A stretch of 63,379 bases of DNA, the filler included, from Octopus bimaculoides (Eukaryota): assembly GCF_001194135.2 (NCBI RefSeq). It is 4 parts of 4 records of this genome, joined end to end, with 100 filler letters (N's around TTAATTAATTAA, not from the genome) between each part and the next. Parts side by side here need not be neighbours in the genome. Positions count along the whole stretch, not along the records: positions 1 to 30,125 come from NC_068981.1; 3 more parts are not named here. The stretch is one strand, 5' to 3'. Within the stretch, counting starts at the first letter, position 1; every line of letters begins with the position of its first letter. A program made the translations under genes and the position numbers. This document shows, one piece after another, positions 1 to 13,813 of the stretch. The notes beneath the pieces were generated by a model. It made no database searches. It was not told where the DNA came from and saw nothing but the letters and a program-made list of their open reading frames with translations.

Positions 1-151
1 AACCTAATAACATGCCTGCGCATTACAAGCCACAGCATACCTAACTCGCCACTGAGAGGATTCATCCCTGCCACAAGATTTTAAATAAGAGACTGTCCAA
101 CCTGGTCAAGCAGTAACCGGAACAAGGCACGACGGCCAGGCGATGATAACC

Positions 152-237
<86 letters not shown>

Positions 238-465
238 AAGAAGAATGACTTCAAATTTTGACACTATCCAGTAATTTTGAAGAGATGGAGTTAGTGGATT
301 ACATCGACTTCAGTACTTAACTGGTACTTACCTTATTGACTCCGAAAGGATGTAAAACAAAGTTGGTTTTGTTGGAATTTTAACACAGAAGTGAGCCTGA
401 ATAAATAGCAAAAACCTCTAACAATTCTGCCATTTAATAAAAGTACTAATGATATTTATACTTAC

Positions 466-756
466 TTGCGTAGCTCATATAGTTACGGAATGGCGTGTTC
501 TTAAACGGCCCCATTCCACATCTTCTGACAGTCGAATCTGGATCTCGACAGTTCCTGTTCTGTATCGTTGGGAGCGTATCTGAACACAAATCACCTAGTT
601 CTAAAGAAGGTTCAGTCTCTCGGCATCGGTCGTTGCATTTTAGTTCTGATACTCCATGGTGGACATGCCAAAGTCCAAGGTTATGTCCAAACTCATGTAT
701 CAGTTCGTCTAACTTCCCAGGAACACCAAAACTGTTTGTATCAACTATAGTTCCTC
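466..756 (-). CDS. PAPPA: Pappalysin exon: zinc-binding active site and Met-turn
   Basis: Not in the ORF track; translated by hand. 291 nt (phase 1/1); acceptor cacttcag|GAGGA, donor GCAA|gtaagt. Encodes (G)GTIVDTNSFGVPGKLDELIHEFGHNLGLWHVHHGVSELKCNDRCRETEPSLELGDLCSDTLPT...TPFRNYMSYA. The HEXXHXXGXXH motif lies at 697-665. Confidence 0.97.
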
Positions 757-1615
757 CTGAAGTGAAAATGCGACACTTTATATGTTAACAACTCACGAAT
801 TAACCATGTAGGGGAATGTAATGCACCGTTTGTCATGTACCATAAGAATAAGTCTCATTATTTTAATATAGATGTTCTTCATGCATGTGTGCTATATATA
901 TGTTTTGAAATGTACGTCTGAGAGTGTAAGCGCATCATTTATACGATATACAGAAAGTGCTTATGTCAAAACTCTATTACATGCGAAGAATAGTGCTTAA
1001 AAAGAACTAATGTAACCGCAATGATATTTTAAAGGAAAGGCTCAAACTAACGAAAGTGAGTCTCACCTTGCAGTGATGTTAACTAATCGCAAAAAAATTG
1101 TTTAAAGCTGGAAGTTTTCAATGCCGCGCTCAAACTTAAAACGTCATGTTACTGATGAGGCATTTAGCGCTAAACTGATTACCGTATCACCCTTTCATTG
1201 TCGGGCTTCTTGTAAAAATACCACTGCTATTTTAAGAATCAATCGTCGATACTGGTATTGCGTAGGATAATGATAAATATAATCGGTATTTTCAAGAAAA
1301 CACTTGTTCCAACTGAAATAAGCCAACTTCATTCGCAACAGTGAAAATCTTATGAGCAGTATTTATAAGAAAGCTGTAACTCTTTCTCAACGGAAATAGT
1401 AAAATATTTTTTATTCAATTTCCATTCTGAAATTGGTGTTAATCAACAACTGCTGGAAGATGAGATAAAGAATTTGGTAAATCAACCACTTAACCTTTGT
1501 TGCTCTTGATTCGGTAATTTAATCGGAAACTTAACGTATTTATTTGATACTCAAAGAAATACAGATTAGGGTTGTTTATTAGAAATCAAATCAGTCAACA
1601 AATGACAATACTCAC

Positions 1616-1752
1616 CTAATGAACTGTAGACGTTTTTTTCCCAAGGAAAAGTGGCAAGTCCTTTTAAAGACCATGAGGCAAAATAGACATTTAAATGAGT
1701 ACTTCCGTTCACATTTAAGGCTGTTTTGTATTCGTCCATACTGAGATACACT
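1616..1752 (-). CDS. PAPPA: Pappalysin exon: catalytic domain
   Basis: 137 nt (phase 2/1); acceptor cctttcag|AGTG, donor TTAG|gtgagt. Encodes VYLSMDEYKTALNVNGSTHLNVYFASWSLKGLATFPWEKNVYSSL(G), compared with human AYLDVNELK...DGSTHLNIFFA...GVATWPWDK...LG. Confidence 0.95.
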
Positions 1753-2065
1753 CTGAAAGGTAAATTCAAAATATTATTATCAAAAGACATAACTTATATA
1801 CGCATATGCTTGCATAGATGCTTACATACATACACACTCATGTGGGATATCACTACTAAAATTTTTTTCATTTAGAGTCAAGAACACTAGGGTTCTACCA
1901 AAACTGACCAGCTGAAAATCGAATATGACATCGTCACAACACAAAACCCTGCCTTCTTAGGTATTGCTCATAACATGTAAAAGATTCTCTCAGTCTTAGG
2001 TACCAGACTTGGATCAGGAACGTTAAAAAGAAAATAAAGACAGTTTTAGTAACTATCAGAGAAAT

Positions 2066-2067
<2 letters not shown>

Positions 2068-2118
<51 letters not shown>

Positions 2119-2131
2119 ATACTACTACTAA

Positions 2132-2162
<31 letters not shown>

Positions 2163-2254
2163 ACTATAACTACTACCACCACCACCACCACCATTACCAC
2201 CACCATCAACACCACCACCACCATCAACACCACCACCACCACCACCACCACCAA

Positions 2255-2331
<77 letters not shown>

Positions 2332-2355
2332 GTAATAATGATGATAATAATAATA
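2068..2355. repeat. Compound trinucleotide microsatellite (CTA)n-(CTG)n-(CCA)n-(CTA)n-(ATA)n
   Basis: Seen directly in the sequence. Confidence 0.95.
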
Positions 2356-2750
2356 TGGAATAACAACAGAAATAAGGTGGTATAAGCACACGCCAGAAAA
2401 GGTCACAGAAAATGAGAAAGCAACCATACTCTGAGATACGCGAATACACAAAGATAAAGAAATTAAGGCAAATAGGCCGGATATAGTTATCAGAGATCAG
2501 GGGAAAATATGCTTTCTAATCGATGTATCAATACCAACAAATGACAATGTTTCTCTAAAAGAAACGGATAAACTTTCAAAATACAAATTTCTGGAAATAG
2601 AGGTAACTCGAATGTGGAGTCTAAAATCAAAAAGAATTCCTATCATAGTAGGCGCGTTCGGTATGATAAAAAAACATTCAGACAAATACATAACGAAAAC
2701 ACCAGGACTTACAAGCATATATAACATAGAGAAAATAGCACTTCTATAAG
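2356..2750 (+). mobile_element. R4/Dong-like non-LTR retrotransposon 3' fragment (restriction-like endonuclease)
   Basis: RWYKHTPEKVTENEKATIL*D...KANRPDIVIRD...CFLIDVSIP...KLSKYKFLEIEVTRMW...IPIIVGAFG; RLE PD..D...K motif with a stop. Confidence 0.85.
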
Positions 2751-2754
2751 ACCT

Positions 2755-3385
2755 CTTTATTTACTGGCCACGTGGGCCGCTGAAAGATTTAGGACAATGC
2801 AAAGACAAAGGACAGTGGGAATATACACGTGAATGAAATAAAAAAACAATAACAAAAATACTAACAAAACAACACCCCACCCCACAAAACAATCTAGCAC
2901 AACAAAAATCGCCACCCAGAGGCAACCAAAGAATCTCACATGTTCTGAGTCTCGGTACTTACTAAGAAAGCTATGACTGCTGCTCCTCTCTCTTCCATAC
3001 ACCTCAGCCTACGGAAACGAGTTTAAAGTCGGCACCCCACCTGGGCCATACTCGCCACATTCATTTCCCTTCCAACTGGGTCGGGGAGCAGCACATTATC
3101 TTTCAACTCTCGCTTTCCCTTTCAAATGGAATTTTAAAATGTCGATGAAGCGTTGATCGAAGAAGAAATTGTCTGCCTTCAGGCCTTTTACCCTCGTCCT
3201 CCACTTATCCACTTTCACCATGACTACCAGACAAAGGAAAACAGTCTGCCCTTCCAGACCAAAGGATGCCAGCGGATGATCTTCACGATGGAGTCGACCA
3301 ATAGCCCGATATGCCATACACGTGATGGCAGCTGTTCTATATAACTACACAATTCAGAAATGTTCGAGCACTGTAAGAGCGCGTA
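2755..3385 (-). mobile_element. Tx1/L1-clade LINE 3' end
   Basis: ...GLEGQTVFLCLVVMVKVDKWRTRVKGLK...FHLKGKARVER, then a T-rich 3' UTR ending in AATAAAGAG; same family as 51900-52260. Confidence 0.6.
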
Positions 3386-3606
3386 CGAATAATAATAAAT
3401 ATTGTTGTTGTTGTTGTTACTTTCGAAGATGACTAGTTCATGTTCAGTCTGACCTATGATAGATATCTCACACAAATGCTAATCATAAGTTCCTTACGAC
3501 TCCTCGTGTTATGCTATTTACACAGATCAAAACTTAGGGGAATAGTTTTATTGTTTCACTTTCGTTTTCTTTCCGTGTTAATTATTTGCATTAGATATTT
3601 TTTAAC

Positions 3607-3668
<62 letters not shown>

Positions 3669-4965
3669 CATTATTATTAGTATTAGTATTACAATTATTA
3701 ATGCAAAGTTGTCTGAACTGGGGCGCCTTTACTTCTATCATGAAGTGGTGGCTAGCCAGACAAAATATTTTTGTCTTCTTTGTAACTACATACGCAAAAT
3801 TACTAACACTGTCACATAAAGATATACACACAAATACATACGTCTGTACGTACAAGCACACACACACATACACACAAGTGCGCACAAACACACATTTAAA
3901 ATTGCCAAAAATGCTTGTATTCCCTGCCGCTGACTATCATCACTAATGTTTCGGCGATAAAGATAAAATTACTACCATTTTCTGACAGCTTTACGATCTT
4001 AATATTTCATACCAGAGTGATAATATACATTGGCAGAGCAGTGAAATGATACGGACGTTTCAGTGGCAACAGTTTGGGCAAAATTTGCATCAGTTCAGCC
4101 TTAGAAACAACCATCAGAAACAGGCCGTTAATGTTGCGCATTACAAACGTACATATTCGCACGCATCCACATATACGGTTCACATGCATGCACGTTTTGT
4201 ATAGTAAGCAACATGTTCATTCATTGATGCCTGTATATAGATATATACTTATATATGAGTAAAAATGTATACATATCTACTCACAGAAATGTATCGAATG
4301 CGTACATTTATAAATGTGTGTGTGTATATGTGTGTGTGCGCGCGCGCTTACACACACACGCACATGTATATACGTGTGTGCATATATATACATATATATA
4401 TATATATAGCGAGAGAGAGAGAGAGGGTGGGAGGGAGAGATAGAAGCTGAGTGGTGAGAAGCTTGCTTCCCAACCACGTGGTTCTGGTTTCAGTCGCCCT
4501 GCGTGGTATCTTGGCCGATCAAAGCCTTGTGAGTGAATTTAGTAGACGGAAACTTAAAGAAGCCCGTTGTATGTATGCATATGTGCGTGCGCATGTGTCT
4601 TTTTGTATCTGAGTTTGTCCTCCCACCACTGCTTGACAATCAGTGCTAGAGAGTTTACATCATACGTAAGCTAGCAGTATGACAATGGAAACCCATAGAA
4701 TAAGTACCAAGTTTTTAGAAAAGTTTATAAAAACTAGGTTCGATACATTCGACTAAAAATTCTTGAAGGTGGTTCCCCATTACATACAGCATACATATTG
4801 TCAATTATATACAACATATATATTGTTGGCACTCCGTCGCTTACGACGTCGAGGGTTCCTGTTGANNNNNNNNNNNNNNNNNNNNNNNNNNNNNNNNNNN
4901 NNNNNNNNNNNNNNNNNNNNNNNNNNNNNNNNNNNNNNNNNNNNNNNNNNNNNNNNNNNNNNNNN

Positions 4966-5011
<46 letters not shown>

Positions 5012-6675
5012 GGAGTTGGTGACATGTTTTCTGTTCGCCTGTGTATTTAGTACATGCTTATTTACTACACATCTTTCTTGACATCGAATTATTGTAATGT
5101 TGGTTATCTCCCTTGTGTTTTTTTCCATTTTGTCTTATTTACAAACGTCCCTTGTTTAAACGTTATCTGCTCTAAAGGTTACTAACAAACGATCTTGATT
5201 TCAGCTTGATAAATGGCGGAATGAAATATTATTTCGTTCAGAAAACCACACATCTTGCAAAGAGCTATCCAAGGTTTCCTGATCGTAATAATGTGTGTGT
5301 ACGTGTGTATGTATAATCCCCTTATACGAAAAAAGATTGGATTCATGAAATCTAATTGTTGGCCTCAATCAGCACTCTTGCAATTCCTGACTAACAAGAT
5401 AGTAGGAAGGAATTATTCTTCAATGAAATTAAAAGTTTCACGGAAACTGAAAATCCAGAAGACTTTCGTCAACTGCAGACTATAATATAAGAAATAAGGA
5501 GAGAAGCTCTGATATTTATTCTTAATTTATTACTGTTTCAATAAGCTCCGAATGTGATGAATTCTTTAACATGCTAGAAAACATGAATATAAAAATGTTT
5601 ATGTAACTTTTAAGCTTTATCACATGCGACCCACCTGTCTTCTCATCAGGATCAAGTGAACAAATCATTCACATGTTCTCGGGTGAATACGCCTATATAT
5701 GCACACTCAGTGAGCGGAAGAAATCAATTTCACATACAAGTAGACAGGCAGGTACATGGAACAATAATGTATTTATATAATTTCATAATATGATTGTGAC
5801 ATTGGTTTTATTAACTACCCTAGACAGTCAAACTGTTGGCTATTTGCATGCATAAGTAGAAAACTGCGTGTTTTCGGTGGAAAAATGACTACTCACATAA
5901 ACCATATGTATGTGTGTGTATGTATGAACACATACTGTAAGTAAAGTGTGTAGCTGTGCAAGTGTAACCAGATAAAAGTCTGTGCAGCAAACAAAAAATA
6001 CACTGCAAAACTAAGTTACATCCTTTTTATAACCCTTACAGCTAGCAAATGCTTTGCATTTCATTCTTAATGAGGAAATAAGTAGCAGACAAAATACTCT
6101 CGATGAGACGGGGCTTCAGCATGGTCACAATCCAAATAGTAAAGGCGGGGAAATGATATACGAACAACAATGCACCGTGATGTGTGAGTTAACAACTGAA
6201 CTTAGATCTGCAATTGACGATTAAAACCAGTATATTGTGTATTCTTGTAGTTAAAACACCTTATCTAAAAACAGAAATTTAGGCGAACCTACTAAAGCTG
6301 AACTTTTCAGAGATTTTTTTTTAATGTAATACAGTAACCTTTAATAAGGTTTACTTCTGTAGTGTCTGCAGAAATGAGTATTAACTGGCAAACCTTCAAA
6401 CACTTCATCTGATTAGTATACTTTGTTTCAAATTGCTCCAATGCAACATTTAGTACCTACAGCATCTTACACCTATTTAAATACATTTACGTACATAATA
6501 TCTTTAAAAAAAAGGCTTTCTTTTTCACTTGTAGTTTTGCTGTCTGTCCTTATAATTGGTTCTTTTCTTTTGTAGTCGTTTCTTTAGATTAGCTTATTGC
6601 TATTATTCAGTTCTTTTTATTCGTTGTATTTAGCTTAACTCGTAACAGTTGTTCTTTGTCTTTTCTTACTGCTGC

Positions 6676-6841
<166 letters not shown>

Positions 6842-7188
6842 GCTTTCTTCCTCATTGTTCTGTGGTTTTACTTTTCCTTTCAATTAACTCCTCCCTTATT
6901 CTCTCTCACCCCTCTCGCACCCCCTCTCTCTATGTACCACTGCTTTTCTGAATTCCCTTTCTTTATAATGCTGACAACAGAAATGAACATCCTATTTTTC
7001 ACACTTTTCCAATTACCAAAATTTCCACTGTTCTGCTCACACAGACCATGTAATCTCATCTTGTAGTCGTTCTCTCGTTCTCAGTAGGAATCCACATTTG
7101 TTCTTCGTAGCTTACTTCACTGGCACTAACTGGACCGTTTTTAGTAAAGCAGATAGAATGAATGTTCTAATTTATCCTCTTCTTCTTG

Positions 7189-7244
<56 letters not shown>

Positions 7245-10000
7245 TTTTTTGTGTTGTTATAGTTGTTGTTTTGTTTTGTACAAGCTGTTCCATGCCTTAC
7301 CCAGAAATTTCAAGTAACAGCATGTTGAACTTTTTAATATGAGTAGTATTTATGATTACAAATGATATATTATGGGAAAATGAAATCAGATTCTGAGAAT
7401 TAAGATTCTGTTGAATTTGTAATATTTCAATTTTGAAAGAGTTTTAAGAGAATCAGGTTTTCTTAGGTTAACATTGTTTTTTCTGAAGATGTGGGTAACT
7501 CTTACGAGAACAATTTTTTGTAGCTCAAATACTTTTGAGTTTTATGGTATTTCGTTGTATTGTTTAAACGTGCCATTTTGTATTACCCCGAAAGCTCCGA
7601 TGACTGTAGCTCTAAGATGCCACGTTTTTGAAATTTCTTTTTCAAGATCCTTGAATTAACTTTTCAAATGATTTTACAGAAGTGCCATCTGCTGGAATTG
7701 ACAATTCCACGAAGAAACATTTTGTCAATGTGATTTTTTTTCACTAAAAGCGGTGCTCCAGTAAGTAAAAGTAAAAGATAAAAGGTATCTGACTGTTCTC
7801 CTGAACATCACGATCTGTTTGAATATTGAAATCCCAAATAACGGTCGTGTCGTTTTTTTCTACAACGTTGGCAGGTCTTTGATGCTACCACTCCTTCTCA
7901 TATTGGAGTCCAAAGATTTCATTTGTGTGCTTCACAAATATAAAGGAGACAAGACTGAAGTCACTAACATTCACATAAAAAAGTGTTTGCAAAACGTTTA
8001 GTTTATCATCCAACTAATATCAGACGAACTCATTACTCTATTGCTACGATGCTTCTGATTATAAACGTCTAGATAATTAGTTATACCAGCTCGGAGCGAA
8101 TAGTTACGTCAATAGTATTCGATCTAACGATTAAATGGCTTCGACAGATCTTATGTTCTAGACAATACCATAACGCCGTCTGGTTGAAGACAATACTCGC
8201 CATTCTATTTGCAGTATTTAATCTCATGAATACAAAGTGACAATTCGGACATAATCTCTACACATCCATATCATGTACGCTTAAAGATTGATGTTTTTGA
8301 TACAGCGTACACACTGAATGTGGAGTGTAATTTGAAACTGCTATTGACGATGTTACATCCTTACGCCTTTTATATCGTAGTACGGTTGATATTGTTGATG
8401 ATAGCTAAAGATTATACTGTAACAGTGCTATAACAATACAAAATAGAAACAGCGGCAATAACAAACACGCAACGAACAAAGAATCCTTTACGCACCAACA
8501 ATTAATATTTCCAACACACTAATTCGAACTGTAAACTGTACCTGGACGTCGAAGACCAAACTACGATGATTTTATTGAAACCACAAGAGTTAAACAAAGA
8601 AGGGACAATAATAGAGACAAATGGGGTCGGTGACTTATCGAATGATATTACATGAATAAATATATTATAATTTCGGATGAGAAATGAGAAACAAAAAAAT
8701 AATGGACGCGGATGAGTTTGACCCCACCAACCACATTCCGCTACTATCTATATGTAATGGTCACGTCTATTCTTGTCAGAGGGTCTATTCTTGTACTCTC
8801 GCCACAACATCTCCCCTTTCGAGAGTTCGAGTTCCGAAGGAATAAAGATATTTATCTTTTTCGCTTGGGTTTTATCTCAAGGTGTTCGGTCTGCTTCCGT
8901 TTTCTTATGCTGGATCTACGTGACTCCATTACTTTCGGTACTAGGACATCGAATACATCAAAAATTACATTCCATAAGAATTTCTCTCCGTTCTTGGGTA
9001 TGTCTCTTCTTTTGCTGATTAATGTGTCTCCTATGTTTCCATCGTGGCCTTTTAATTCGATACATCATACTTCCCATTTTTTTTTGTTTTTGGTTACAAG
9101 GCCATCCTCGAAGCCTTCTTTACCATTTCAGTAGGATTTAAAATATTTAGTTGCATTTTTCGTATTTTCTTTACATCCTTTTTTTTTTCTCTGGCAATAA
9201 CTTATCAAAAATCGATTTTATTCCTCTCGCGAACATCAACTATGCGGGTGACATTCCTGAATTTGTGCTTGGATTGGGGATCACTCTATATACTCTTAAG
9301 AATTTTGTGCTTCGTCGTCACTTAATTTGTTCTTTGCTTTTCTTAACGCAGGGACTTTAACTTCTGGAGAAATTTTACCTAAAGTATTTTCATCTATGTC
9401 GGTTTATTCTATGTAACTTGCAAGGATTTGAATTGAGCATTTTATGTGCTCGCTTAGATTATTGTTGTTCAATGTGGATTTCACGCCAGACTTGAATAAA
9501 GGCGTTTCTATAAATGTTAAATCTAATGGAAGAGGTTAAGTCTGGATTTCATAGGCCCTCTAAGACCAGCAAGACGATATGGTTCGTATTTTTGAACAAC
9601 ACTACGTCGGCGATTACAGGAATAATATAGGTTGGTTGGACAGTGCTTTGATGTTTCCAGTAAGAAAGGTCAATTATAGTGGTTACTGCGATGTTTGGGA
9701 ATAAAAAACAATATGGTTCATGAGAGGAGAACATACAGTGAGTCAGGAAAACATAGAGATGGCCCATGAGTAGCCAATTTTGAAGGAGCAGACGACACTG
9801 GAGTATCGTTAGAAAAGTCAGTTAGGTCCAGTGTATTCCTGCTGTGAAAATGTTGTCATTCGTTATGCTGGCGAAATGTGTGCGGTTTACATATGAGTTT
9901 TCTAAGTATATTTGTATACTGTTAAGCTTTCTTCCCTGCCTTTCTTGCTTATTTCGAATGTTATAGAGATTATGCGTGTAATTCTTATTATTTTTGTCTT

Positions 10001-10120
<120 letters not shown>

Positions 10121-10645
10121 ATGTTGCTGTGTGTGTGTTTATGTTGCTGAGTGTGAGTCTTGTTCAGCATATCTGATGATATTTAGTGTTATTAGTAAGA
10201 AGCAAAATGGTAAATTTACTAAGTGCTAGTTGAGATACTTTGTTTTGGATCAAAGTTACTAATTAGTTAATGTAGCGTTCAAATGGTAGTACCGGTGTTC
10301 CTTAAATGATGAGAGGATATGGTTGTGGTAGCATTAATGTTTCAGGTTATGCGTATGCTTTGAGGAGGTGTGGAATATTGTGCAGATATAGCTTGAAAAA
10401 AGTGACAGGTTATTTTACGGTATGTATTTGTGTGCAAACACCTGTGTGTACTTAAGTGTGTATAAGATATCCAACTAAAATGTGCATAAAATCAGCTCAA
10501 CTATTTGGTGTATATCTAGCAATGCTTATATACTCACCAGGCAATGGTGTATAAGTCAGTGATTAGGGTTCAGAGAAAGGGGTTTAAGATGTCGTACAGA
10601 GAAACGTATCACTCATATTAACATGCGCGCACGCACACACACCCA

Positions 10646-10701
<56 letters not shown>

Positions 10702-10792
10702 TACATTCACACATACTCACATACACCTGCATTTTAACGCAAGTATTTAAAAATACCCTTTTAACCACGCTCCTACACAACAATCCAGTGTA

Positions 10793-11651
10793 CGAAGTCT
10801 AATCAATAAGTGTCCGGAATGTTGCCATAGTAACGAAGCTAAAGCACGCAGAGTAAAGCCGCTTCGCAATAAGTAACATTGAACCAATTAGTGCATGCAC
10901 ACTAAGTTTTAACGTTCTAGCTCTCTTTCGCTGTTTACAGCAGTGCTTGGAAGGAAGGTAAGTAGCGTGTGATCGTTGCATTGACCCATGACAAAGTTGT
11001 AATGGCGATACCTGCTCAGAGGACTACGCAAACTTGCAGAAAGCGTATGGAGAGGTGTGTATGAGCCACACACAAGTGAACGAGTGGTTCAGACGTTTCT
11101 AAGATGGCCGAAAAACTGTCAATATTGACGAACGTTCTGGGAGACCCGCAAACAGCAGAACTGAGAAAAACATCGCAGATATGTATGCAGCTGTGAAGCT
11201 GTGCAGACTAGTTACGGTTCAGTTCAGTCCATTATCACTGAAGAATTGGGTATGAGACGCGTGTCTGCTAATTTTGTACCAAACTTGCTTTCAGCTGACC
11301 AAAAAGACACTCGGGTTTCAGTTGCACAAGATCTCCTTGATTGTGTCGAAGATAGTGAAAAGTTTTGAAACCTCTGCGTAGGCCTCTGAGCAGGTAGCAT
11401 CAAGCTTTTAACAAAATTTGATGCAGATTCTCTGCTCAAATTTCACTGTCATGTTCAATGCGACGATCACACGCAACACACCTTCCTTCCAAGCACTGTT
11501 GTAAACAGCGGAAGTGAGCTAGAACGTTAAAACTTAGTGCGCATGCACAACAGTGTTCAAGGTAAGGTCAAATTGTGCCAAGGGGCTTTACTTTGCGTGA
11601 TTTAGCTTCGTTACTATGGCAACTGTCCGGATACTTATTGATCAGACAACG
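10793..11651. mobile_element. Non-autonomous mariner derivative with two inverted 5' ends; TA TSD
   Basis: TA|CGAAGTCTAATCAATAAGTGTCCGGA...TCCGGATACTTATTGATCAGACAACG|TA. Interior encodes decayed mariner HTH (LQKAYGEVCMSHTQVNEWFRRF*DGR...DERSGRP...ELGMRRVSANFVPNLLS). The arms are inverted copies over about 240-280 bp. Confidence 0.88.
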
Positions 11652-12990
11652 TATAAGCCTCATGAGGGAGACTTTATACTTAGTTGTTGGATACGGAAAA
11701 GATAGCTATCAACTGCTCAAATCACATCTAGTGTCTTTAAAACAAGAAAGGACACACTGGACAATGCAGCCCTGGATACGGAAAAATTGGGATGGAATCG
11801 GTTGGAACACTTTTGATCATAGACATGTCCATCAGAATTTACCCGAAGACTAAACAGCAGCAACATCAGTGAATGATGATGACAGAAATAGAACTAATTC
11901 GTTGTTTGAGTAAAAGATGTCAGAATGAATGCCACGAGCGAATGATATATATATAAATAACAATTCCATGATTTCGTTATCTCCCCCCCACCCCCCACCG
12001 ACCTTTTTACTTTACACAAAGAACGTTAATGAAAGTCAATCAGGAAAAACAGTTTGCTAGAAATAGCATCAAAATATCCCTCAAACATAGCTATAGTATC
12101 TTGATAATGGAAGGAATACAGTGTATAATGAAGTTCCTAGTATATAAAAAAGATAAGGTGATCGCGGATGGAACACCTTTGATTATTACACTTTTTCATA
12201 AAAACTAAGCTGGTATTAACCATAACAACAATAAAAACACTGAAGCGCACTTTATCGTAATACAAAACTGGATCTATACAATGTAGCCATCTAACTACCT
12301 GTCACAGTATCTTAATGATAACATCGGAACGCTTCTGTATAACATGAGATATTGGCTTTGTTACTCGTGAGATTCTAGGTCATATATTCAACTAATTGCC
12401 TTTTTATTGTAATTGTTGCTCTAATTATACATCTTATGCTGATTTCTTGCTTTCCTCCTCCTCCTCCTTAACCTCGCTCTCCATTTCCTTTTTTCTTCTT
12501 CACCACTTCCACTTCTTTCTCTGTCTATTATCAGCCTTTAAGCGAACACGTACTCTAGAATAACATTTCTGTTACTCTAAAGTACACTTGTTAAAAGACT
12601 TTCTGTTTTTACCTTTTAGGTAGCGCTTTTCGCATAATACGGACACATCTAAAGTTTTGAGATTTGACGTACATTCATTTATGTATTCCATGTAGATGTT
12701 TGTATTCTGTAAATATTCTTTTCTACTCTAGGTACAAGGCCTGAAATATATATATATATTTTTTGACTGGGGACCAGTCGATTAGATCGACCCGCGTGCG
12801 CAAGTGGTACTTTCATTTATTGACTGCGAAAGGATGTAAGGCAAAGTCGATCTCGGCGGAATTTGAACTCAGAAGATAAAGACAGACGAAATACCACTAA
12901 GCATTTCGCCCGGTGTGCTAACGTTTCTGCCAGCTTGCTGCCTTGCATTCTGTAAATATTGAATTCGTTTCATTATACACTGTGCAACAT

Positions 12991-13742
12991 TAATGACTTG
13001 TAGGGGCGCGGTATTTCGTTATGCAGCCATATTATATTACCAAGTATATTAAACGTTTTTATTAGTTAATACTGTGCTCTACTGTGTTAGCAGTGTGCTT
13101 ACATCACTGGTTAAGGTTATCTCTACAGATATTCTATAGAAATTATAGCCACCACTGACCTTTGGTACAACGTTTCGTATCCGAGACGTCATATGTAAAG
13201 AAACAATGACATCGAAAATGCAAAAAAGAGTAAATGGCGAGTATGCTATATTTCGGGAGTTTTTACTTCTCCATCAGTATCCATCTAACCCCTTAATCAT
13301 CTATGAATACATTGCTTAAATAGTCCCTAAATACAGCGGTGTAACGTCAGTGTCTTGTGGGGACGCAGTATTTCGTTATGCAATCATAACTATAAAGTAT
13401 ATTAAGCGTTTTCTTTATAAGTCAATACCGTATTCTACTGCATTTACAGTGCGCTTGTATCACTTGTTATCGTTTCGCCAATTATCCTTCGATCTCATTT
13501 TTTTTTTTACATCTGACGTCTCGGATACTAAACGTCGAAACAAAAATCAGTGCTTTCTTTTTCTTCTACTTGTTGCAATCATTTGACTGCTGCCATGCTG
13601 GAGCACCGCCTTTAGTCGAGCAAATCGACGCCAGAATTTATTCTTTGTAAGCTTAGTACTTATTCTATCGGGGTCTTTTGCGAACCACTAAGTTTCGGGG
13701 ACGTTAACAAACCAACAACGATTGTCAAGTGTTGGGTGGGAC

Positions 13743-13813
<71 letters not shown>

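Noticed and set aside
495-788. Plus-strand ORFs of 97 aa and 60 aa
   Set aside because: Antisense shadows of the pappalysin active-site exon.
1934-2449. 171-aa hydrophobic ORF and overlapping Ser/Gly-rich ORF
   Set aside because: Translation of the compound trinucleotide microsatellite and the antisense of an R4-like fragment.
8700-9900. Possible gene or intact element
   Set aside because: All frames are broken by stops; at most faint LINE-like words (LSYWK, LRGP), too weak to call.
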